From the IMG/VR virus record IMGVR_UViG_3300037419_000693, positions 780 to 64,779 of that record: a DNA stretch of 64,000 nt. The stretch is one strand, 5' to 3'. This document shows, piece after piece, positions 46,098 through 55,100 of this stretch. The translations under genes and the position numbers were made by a program. The notes under the pieces were generated by a model. It was given only the letters and a program-made list of their open reading frames with translations, searched no databases and had not been told where the DNA came from. Origin of the DNA: a virus. Lineage: Duplodnaviria > Caudoviricetes. The number at the start of each line of letters is the position of its first letter. The first letter of the stretch is position 1.

Positions 46098-48095
46098 TTA
46101 CTGCCAAATCCAGCTAGCCTGTCTCGTGTACCGGCCCGTCGTTGGCGACCAAGAAACCGTGTCCGTCTCAATGTAGACGATGGTTCCCGATGGGGCGTAC
46201 GGGGTGATGTCCACAACAGGCGTTCCCTGCGTAGCGATGAGTTCGCAGTTCGTCAGCGTCCCGTTGATGGGCATCACGATTTCAATACTCAGACTTCTTC
46301 GCTTCTCTTTGACAGTCCCGATGTTTTGAAATATCGGCCCGGCCGTCCTACCCAACACGGGGATGAGGGCGACAACCGGCGTGGCCGCGTCATCCGTAAT
46401 CGTGATAATCTCACTCAATGCCCCCTCGTAACACGGGACGGGCGTTGAGTTGTACTCGTAGCTATAGTTAATTACCCCGCCAAGCGTGTTGTGTCCCACC
46501 GATTTGCTATACGGCGTAGGATTCACCTTCGACGTATCAACGTACGTAGCTGCCAGCCCAAGAATATTCGATTCCATCGCATTAAAGTAAGCTGCGGCGT
46601 TGTTATAACGTTCTAGCTGATTGTTGGCAACGAACGGAGTCGCCGCATTGGCGGTTCGCAACCCTGTAATCGTGCCCTCAACTGTCACGTACGTCTTTCC
46701 ATCCTCGCGACTATATCTCGTCGTAATGGTGTTCTCGTCTTTTACGGAGGTTGGCTGTCTGTTATCAAAAGAGAAGGAATAGCTGACTAATCCCTCTGCC
46801 TTAGACGGGGTAAAGCTAGCCGACACCGGGAACGCCTTCAAGTCCGGTATTCCAGACTCGGTAGTGCAACGGGCCAGAGCGAGAAGCTTGACGGTGTTGT
46901 ATCGAGTCAAAGCACGCTGGTACTTCAAGTCGACAACAAACGCCTCGTTCGCGTACTGCTCACCCCTCACCTGCCCTTCCAATGTTACGGTCGTTCGACC
47001 ATCTTCCAAACTCGTCTGCATGCTCACGTTGTAGGTTTCAATCGCATCGCCCGTATTGACGCGGTCGTTGTACTCGTAATTATAACTGATGCTTCCTTCG
47101 TTATAATTGTAGTCGACGTTCGCTTGCGTCGGATGCGGGTTGAGCGTGATACCTGTCACGTACGCGGAAACGCGACTCAGCAACATCGGCTCGATGACAA
47201 GCCACCGGGCTTTGGCGTTGACAAGCTTTGCTTCAATGTCGTGCAGATTAACGTACAAACCGTGAATCACACCCTGAATGGCCACGGAGTTCCCGAAGAA
47301 CTGTTCGCTGGTCACCTTCCTGGTCGAAACCGTATACTCCTCCCAGAAGTTATTGGCCGAGATGAAGTAGTTTTCGGTAACGCTATAGCTACCATCAAGT
47401 TCGTCGATGTTCTCAGATATGACTCGGTTAAACTGTCCGAATGAATCGGGCGATACGGCCGATTCCCCGAATATCGTCGAGCCAGCCTTGGGAGACCATG
47501 GCGTTGCCGTCGCATCCATCCCCAACTTGAGTTGATTCTGGACGAACGTCTTGGCAATCTCCCAGGCTTGGGTAGTAATCGTTCCGTCTGCATCGTAATT
47601 GGCCCTAGCCCTGGCGGAAATGGTGTGGGTGACTCGGTAGGTGTGCGGTCCATCCCCCTCGTCAAACGACCAATTCTCCGTTGCCGCCTCGATATTTGAC
47701 GTCGGCGTTTCATCCTCGTCGTCAAACCCTTGACCTTCCAGCACAATTGTATAAGCACACACATCAATCCACATACCCTGGTCAAATGAAATCGACTTGA
47801 CCTTGGCGTTGAATTTAACAGGGGACGAACCGTCGTACCCCTGTACTTCGAACACTCTTCCGTCATTGGCGAACAAATCTCGCAACGCCTGCTGCTTGTG
47901 GATGATGGAGGCGAGACGTCCTTCAATGGCGATTGCAGTTTCAACATCGTCAGTCTTCGAAGCCGTTATCTGGCCCGTCAGAGTGGCGGTAATATTTGTT
48001 CCTAGTCTTCGTCCGTCCGACGTTTCCTGAATCTCCTGGCTAAAGGTGACCAACGGAGCGGGACGGATGTCATCGCCGTCATAGATTACTGGCAT
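46098..48095 (-). CDS. distal tail protein with about four internal domain repeats
   Basis: Recurrent E-x-Y-T/N-V...V-T/A-I/L/V-E/Q-G...G and S/N-Y-x-Y/F-E/S-Y/F-N/D motifs at roughly 100-aa spacing. Confidence 0.6.
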   Translation of the reverse strand: MPVIYDGDDIRPAPLVTFSQEIQETSDGRRLGTNITATLTGQITASKTDDVETAIAIEGRLASIIHKQQALRDLFANDGRVFEVQGYDGSSPVKFNAKVKSISFDQGMWIDVCAYTIVLEGQGFDDEDETPTSNIEAATENWSFDEGDGPHTYRVTHTISARARANYDADGTITTQAWEIAKTFVQNQLKLGMDATATPWSPKAGSTIFGESAVSPDSFGQFNRVISENIDELDGSYSVTENYFISANNFWEEYTVSTRKVTSEQFFGNSVAIQGVIHGLYVNLHDIEAKLVNAKARWLVIEPMLLSRVSAYVTGITLNPHPTQANVDYNYNEGSISYNYEYNDRVNTGDAIETYNVSMQTSLEDGRTTVTLEGQVRGEQYANEAFVVDLKYQRALTRYNTVKLLALARCTTESGIPDLKAFPVSASFTPSKAEGLVSYSFSFDNRQPTSVKDENTITTRYSREDGKTYVTVEGTITGLRTANAATPFVANNQLERYNNAAAYFNAMESNILGLAATYVDTSKVNPTPYSKSVGHNTLGGVINYSYEYNSTPVPCYEGALSEIITITDDAATPVVALIPVLGRTAGPIFQNIGTVKEKRRSLSIEIVMPINGTLTNCELIATQGTPVVDITPYAPSGTIVYIETDTVSWSPTTGRYTRQASWIWQ

Positions 48096-49174
48096 TAGTA
48101 TCTAAATCCATTAATATAAAGGGTGAGATTCTTGGGGGTCAATCCGGCCACTTTAGGAATCACCAGATTAACATTGCTTGTCGTCTGGATTGGGGCGTTG
48201 CCGACGATATAGAGACTTACAGAAGCGGTAACTGCGTCACCAAACCCCGAGATGAATAATGTTGGCGACATGTTATGAAGATTCTGTGCCGCTCCATATT
48301 TGTTGGTCTTGTATCTGGTCACGCCATAGAGAGTGCCAGGATTTGAGAAAACATCTCTGGTACTAATCGGAATGGAGCCAGCGATGAATAAAGGTGTAGT
48401 AGCTATGTTTTGCGTGTTGCATACGAACAGGGTAATACCGGCGTTCGGTCCGCGACAAACAAACAAGTTCAGGTCTTCACCGATTGGGACATACCCCGCA
48501 TTTTGCCCCGTTCCTTCAATGTACAACGTTGTACGCTTTGTCAAGCTGCCGTTGCTGTTTTGAATAAACAGAGGCGTGGACGCGTAGGCGTTGGTGTTAC
48601 TGCCCTCGATGAACATATTCATCATCTCAGATGTAGCACCTGAACTCATACCAAAAATGGATAAGTTCATAACGCTATATAGAGGTGAGCCTGTAATTGT
48701 CAATGGCATCGCCAACGCACTCCCTCCTACTCCAACAGTCGTACCCTGAATTACCAAGGTGGCCGTTGATGTGAGAATAGGTGCGGGCGTCCCTCTGATG
48801 AATAGGTTCAGGTCTTCGTGGCTGGGGAGGCCACCTCGCGTGAATAAGTTGACAGAGCTATTGATCGGAATCTTACCGCCGACGAACAGGGACGTATTGT
48901 TGGTGAGAGAAGAATACCCCATGATGAACAATGAGGTGCCAAGAGATGGACCACCACTGACATACAACGGGGAATTATTCGTCACTACGTTTGTGCCAGA
49001 GATGAAGAGGTTCGCACTCCCATCAAACGGTGTTCCTGGAGCACCGCCCGATAGACGAAAGATTGGCGGGTTTGTACCTGCGATAACGAACGACTCCCTT
49101 GGTGGGTCGGTACTGATAGTCCCCAAAGGAAGTCCCCCGCCAGAAGCGGGGGTCTTCGAATTCTCTGAAATCAT
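48095..49174 (-). CDS. repetitive beta-solenoid/fibre-like structural protein
   Basis: About 19 copies of [NTSP]-L-[FY]-[IV]-x-G-like units (NLFISG, PLYVSG, SLFIMG, TLYIEG, TLYING). Confidence 0.6.
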   Translation of the reverse strand: MISENSKTPASGGGLPLGTISTDPPRESFVIAGTNPPIFRLSGGAPGTPFDGSANLFISGTNVVTNNSPLYVSGGPSLGTSLFIMGYSSLTNNTSLFVGGKIPINSSVNLFTRGGLPSHEDLNLFIRGTPAPILTSTATLVIQGTTVGVGGSALAMPLTITGSPLYSVMNLSIFGMSSGATSEMMNMFIEGSNTNAYASTPLFIQNSNGSLTKRTTLYIEGTGQNAGYVPIGEDLNLFVCRGPNAGITLFVCNTQNIATTPLFIAGSIPISTRDVFSNPGTLYGVTRYKTNKYGAAQNLHNMSPTLFISGFGDAVTASVSLYIVGNAPIQTTSNVNLVIPKVAGLTPKNLTLYINGFRY

Positions 49175-49192
49175 AACTGCACCTTTCGTTGA

Positions 49193-52100
49193 TTAGGCAG
49201 GGAGATTAGATACCATCTTGGGAAGTTTCTCTTGCATAGCAGTCATGACTTCCTTGGTAACTGTTTCTGCTAGGTCGCCCTTGATAGCGTTCATGACTTC
49301 AGCACCATTAAGCACAACTTCAATGCGACCATTTCGTTCAAGAACAAGCTTATCTGGGATTTTGAAACCCTCAATAATCTTACCGAACTGTCCTAGGGAA
49401 GAACCCATCTGAGTCAAAGCCTTGTTTAGACCGTCAACCACACCATTCAACCCCTGGACGTTCTGACCAAAGGCGGCTTGTGGGTCGACTGCCTTATCAG
49501 CGGTCGGAGCACCGATTTGCTTCTGTTGAAGCTGAGGTGGTAGGAAGTTGCCAGTATTGCCCTGCTCACGACGACGTCTCTCTCTGATTTCTCTCGGAGT
49601 TTCGCCGGGCTTCACTAGAGCGGGGCTACTACCAAAACCTCCGCGAGTCGGCAAATCCTTACCCGTTGCTCTCTTGAAGTCGATGGCGAATTTAGCACGA
49701 CGGTCGGAGTCTTTCTTCGTCTGTTCGGCAATCATAGGGGCATTGCCAGCCTGACGAGTCTTGGCGTCATTGTCAACTTGAGCAACCGCACGCGAAACCG
49801 CCAAGCTTCCAGCCTTCTTACGGTCATTCTCAATAGCCTCTTGTCTGAAAATCATGTCGCTAGTCTTAGAGTCTAGCTGATTTCTAGAATAGAACTGTCC
49901 AGTCGGTTTGTAGGTAGCACGCTTCTTTTTCTTCGCTGCTGCAACCGGACCCGCAGCAATCGCGGCGGCTCTAGCCACAGGAGAATTTGGAAGCGTGGGC
50001 AATACGCTTGCAGCTTGTGGTACACCTGGCGTGGACTCCACAGTTGGACCCACGATGGGGGCGATAGCCCTTACTTGAGCCTGCTGTTGAGCACCGGCAA
50101 CCGCAGTCTGAGTCGTACCAGCCTTGGCCTGTAGGGCTTCGGCCTGACCGGCTACAGTCTGTTGTTGCATTCTCAACGCCTTTTCATCTGTGAACGGCTC
50201 TAGACTTGTCAGCATCTTACCGTAATCTTTCTGACCAGCCGCAAACTGCGAGACCTTGGCACGGTTAGCCGGGAAAGCATCGCCGTACACGTCTTTACTG
50301 ATTCTAGAAGACGTCGATGTGATGGCACTGTCAAGAGACGTATTTGACGACTTTTGGTATTCACCAAGAAAAGCGTTGATGGTGTTGTCTACCGCTTTAG
50401 GATTCGACGCACCAGCACCCAAAGCCTTGATTTTCTCTTTGAGCGGCACGGTGATATCTTGAGCCGCCTTTTCTGGAGGCAGATTCAAGAACTTACCGGC
50501 CCTGCTAGTGATGTCTCTTTCCTGATTGACGTTGAGTAGACCACCTCTTACAGCACCAATGGACTTGTTTGCCAAGTCTCCCTTGAAGTCGGAGATACCG
50601 CCGCTTAGCCCCTTCTTTCGTTCTAGTAGACTACCAAGATGTCCAATATCGGCATTGGAATTGAGCATACGAGACTCATCCAGCGAGAAGCCGCCCTTGT
50701 TGAGCCGGTCTAGCGACTGTGCCGCGTTGTTCAAATCTTTCTGCTTGCCAGCGACCATACCCTGTTGAGTATCGACGTCTCGCTTAGCAGCCTCAGCCAA
50801 ACTGATTCTCAGCTTGTCAAAAAACGTCTGTTGGATTTGCTTCAACTCACCGAAAAACTCTTGTTGTAAGCCCGCCTGATTGTTGGCAATCTGTTCCTGT
50901 GCAGCAACCGCAGTCTTGTCATTGCCCGCCTGTTGTCCAAGCAAGCCGATACGGGTGCGTTCGCTTCTAGGGTCGATTGTACCAACCGCCATGCCGCTAT
51001 TCGTCAACAATCTGTCACGTACGTCGGAACCAGTAGCACCGCCGTAAGCTGGGAGTCGGGCACTACCAAGACTTGCCAGATGGTCCAAGACGCCAGTAAT
51101 CTGCTTTGCGTTGAACCCGGCAAAGTTGCCCTGCCGAGCCGCAACATCAGACAGGTTGGCATTCCTGTTCATCTCACGACGCTGTCTAGGGTCGGCCGTC
51201 AGAAGCTTCTCAGTGAACGATAACCTCCCCTGCCTATCCTCTTCAAGTTTGTTTATCTTCTCTTGGATGATTGCGTTCCGACTGGAAGAATCGGCCAAGT
51301 TTTCTAACGCCTGTCCAAGACGCTGGGCGTTGCCTTGCAGCATAGCAAGCTGTTCGGATAGCTGACCCTGACTTTCGCCAGTTGCATTATCACGAGCGGC
51401 TTTCGTTTGAGTAATCTGAGCCTGTGTCGAGCGAAGCCTGTCACCGATAGCAACCGGATTCAAAGCATCGCCACCTCTCATATTCGTCAAGAATTGTTGT
51501 TGATGCAGGAATGGCTTATTCAGCGAATTCAAGTTGATTTCACCGGCACTTGAATTCCCGGTCAGCGTAGCACGCACACGACCTTCAGACTGAGCCGCCG
51601 CGATTTGCAGGTGCTCCATCTTGCTAAAGGACTCGCCAGTCTTATTAATCATATCTTGATTGGCGATAAGTCCCTGGCTGAAAGCATTCGCTCTCGTTTC
51701 CAGTTCCTTGGCCGCGTTTTCAAGAACAGCGTTAACGTTGGCAAACCCCTTCTCGATCAAGTCATCTGTCAGCTTCTTAACATTCTCACCAGCAGCCTTG
51801 CTTAAGTCTTCAGGGTCCATACTATCAAGAACGTTGGCAATCCTATCCTTGACGATGTCGGGCAGGTCTCCCAAACCGTCTTTGATGCGTTCGGCCAAGC
51901 CTTCGTCTTCAAGCCCACCCTTAGAGTTGGCGTTGGAGATGATGTTAGGCAGGGAAATAGCAGCGGCGTTTACTCCGCGAGCGGTTGTTCCCAGACCTGA
52001 AGCGAGAGGGCCGTTCCCTAGAGCACCAGTCACGCTACCCACAGCCTTGTTGAAGGCGTTCGTGTCAACGTTGCCTATACGGGCGTCGTTGGCGAAACTC

Positions 52101-55100
52101 TTCACATTGATGGACTGGAGGGCACCGCCAAAAGCGGCTTGTAGGGCATCGGCACCGTTCTGCAAGCTTTGAATCGAATTCGTAGCGGACTGCACGGCAT
52201 CAGAAATCAAGCTAAACTGTTGAAGCTGGATAGTCTGTTCCTGAATGGCCTTTGTGTTGGCCTGTCGTGCAAGCTTCTCTTTATTCGCTTCGATGATGAC
52301 CTTATCAAACGAGTCTAACACCTCTTTCAAGGAAGTGTCCGTGGCTGTAGCGATACCTTCGGCAACCCTGCCACCACCGGCCTTTTCGAACTTGGCCAGA
52401 CGGCTACTTCTACCAGCATCGGTGAGTTCGGCATCCGAAAGATGCAGGCTTCCCGCAATCTTGCCGCCGAACTCTTGGAGTTGCGGGGCGATTGGGACTA
52501 GCTTGTCTCTCAATAGCTGGCTTCTGTTAGTCTGTTCGGCAGTACGGTTTTCTTGACTACTGAAGAATCCTAGTTTTTCACCGATAGCACCAGTGATGCC
52601 GACAGTGCTAGAAGACTTCAAAGCGGCTTCAAGATTGACTTGAGATAGACCTTTGGTCACATCCCCAATCGACTGAGGGCCAAGTTTCAACTTACCAGAA
52701 ATCACGCCTTCAAGAGTATTCGACATCTTTTCGAAACTCTTTTGGAAGTCGATATCTCTAAGTTTTTCGTCGGCTTCTTTCAAAGCACTAACAAACCCAA
52801 GGGCGGCACCAGTGATTCCACCGACGACCGTACCGATTGGGCCTAGGGCACTACCAACAGAGGCACCAAGACCGCCATACTGCAACGCACCGCCAACACC
52901 GGCACCGATTCTTGCACCTTGGACGCCGTAGCGGCCTGGTTGGTCAACTGTCCCGGTGAACTGCTGAACGGCTTGCGGGGCGAACGAAGAGGCAGCACCT
53001 AGACCAGCCACGGCTAGTCCGCTCAACTTGCCATCCGGAGAGTATCTATCGGCAATGCTGTTAGCAACGCCACCAACCTTGTCTGAGATACGTCCAAACG
53101 TGGCGAATCTTGACTTGCTGCCAGCCTTGGCCGACGTAGCCTTGAGAATCGCATTATTTGCTCCGAGTCTCACGTTAGCCGAACCGCTCTTGACCTTCGC
53201 CAATAGTGGAGAGTCGGCCCCGAATAGTTCCGCTAACTTTGCATCGAGAGCGTCTTTCTGTCCGGAGAAGGCCCCGTCTTCACCAACAAGCGAAGCATAA
53301 GACCGCACTGAACCGCTTTCCTTATATTGAAATCTATCCAGCACACCTTGCAGTCTACTAGAAATTGATTGTTTATTTGGTGTTGGTCTCTTGCCCAAAT
53401 CTGGTCTACCGGCCCTGTTGACGTTAGCAACTTTGGAGGTGATTGGGTCACCAAGTTGATAAACGCCATTGGCGGGGTTCGGCACTCCACTAGAACCGGC
53501 GTTGAACTCATACCCACCTTTGCCTCTCGGCGTAAATGGGTTGTTCTCCATGTCCTGATAAGTCGAGTTTGCCAGTTCGATATGATTATTTCTAAAATCA
53601 CTACCGCTAACAAAATCATCCACGTTAAAAGGTTTGGTGTTTCTGGCACGGTCGGCTTTGTCTTGTTCGTCAAACATCCGGTCAACGAATTCACCAAGAT
53701 TACGAGTTTCGTATTGGTTGCTTCTCTTGATGTTTGGAAGAACTTCTTGTTCGTCGGCTAGACCGTACGGAGTAAAGCCTCTTTCAGCCATAGCGATGTG
53801 GTCGTTATTCGCGTGTACATTAGGGGGGAACGAAGGTGCTCCACCCTCAAGACCAATAGCTGTTGGACCACCCATGGTGACGACGCCAAGCGACTCCAGT
53901 TCTTTACGGTCACGGAACGAACGGGTCGGTTTCGGCAGAGCCAGATATTCCGGTACGCTAGACTCTAGTGCTGGCAAACCATCAACCATCGGGACAGTTG
54001 AAGAACCGCCACGGCGTCTACGAGTTTTGCGTGTACCTGTGGATGTACTTCTACCTCCACCGCTACCGCCGCTACTACCACCGCCCATCTTGTTGCGAAT
54101 CCCCTTGACTTCAGATAGAATTTTCTCAAGGATGCTGACAACCTTTGGGCTGTCGCCCATGCCGCCACCGCCACGACTACCACCACCGCTGCCGGGTGGT
54201 CTACCTCTCTTACGGCCACCTCCACCAGCACCAGCACCACTAGTAGTGACACTGGCTGTGGTGCCCATACCTTCATACAGGTCTTTCGCTTCCTTGGCAG
54301 CAGCAACCTTTTCATCATAGCTACCGAAGGTCTTACCCTTGAGGTAATCGCTGATGAAAGCATGCTTGCCGCCACCACGCACAGCAGGCAGTCCAGTAAC
54401 ACCCATGGAATATGTGCCAGGGGGCTTGCCATGAATCTTTTCATAAGTCTCTTGAATCTTGGCAAATCCGGCAGCCATTTCCGCTTTAGCGGCCTTCGCT
54501 TCGGCAACAGAGTGGGCGAAGTTGGTATCTTCGGGATCGAAATCAGGATGGGTCTTCTTAATACCCGCTCTCATGATTTGGATAGGGGCACCCTGTTCAC
54601 GAGCGACCTGACGCATCAACCGTTCTTTCATTGGTTTGATGTCTGGCCCCATGATAAACTTGCTACCAGCACCCTTAACCGTATCCATCCTAGAACGGAC
54701 ATCGGCAAGACTGCCATACTTCTTCATCCCTGATTCGGCTTGTGCGGCAGCGAAGAGTTCTTCAGACGTCATCGGCTTCTGGAAAGTGCCGGTGAAGCCA
54801 CCCGTTTCCTTATTCCTCTTGAAACCACCGCCAACGATTTCCATGCCAGCTTCGCTAGCCAACGCCCTCACCGCTTGCAACGCCTGTGGGGATTCGCCTG
54901 GAGACAAGGCGGGGACATTATATGACCCGGATTGGATACCGGACAATACGTGTTCCTTGGTGCCTAGGATGTCTCCACCCATACCTCGACCTTTTGCGAG
55001 GGACTGAAGACCAGCCTGAACGCGAGGGTCGGGGTGTTCATAATTGAACTTGTTGCCCAACGCATCAGTATAGCTACTATCGTTAGCTAGAGGAATAGGC

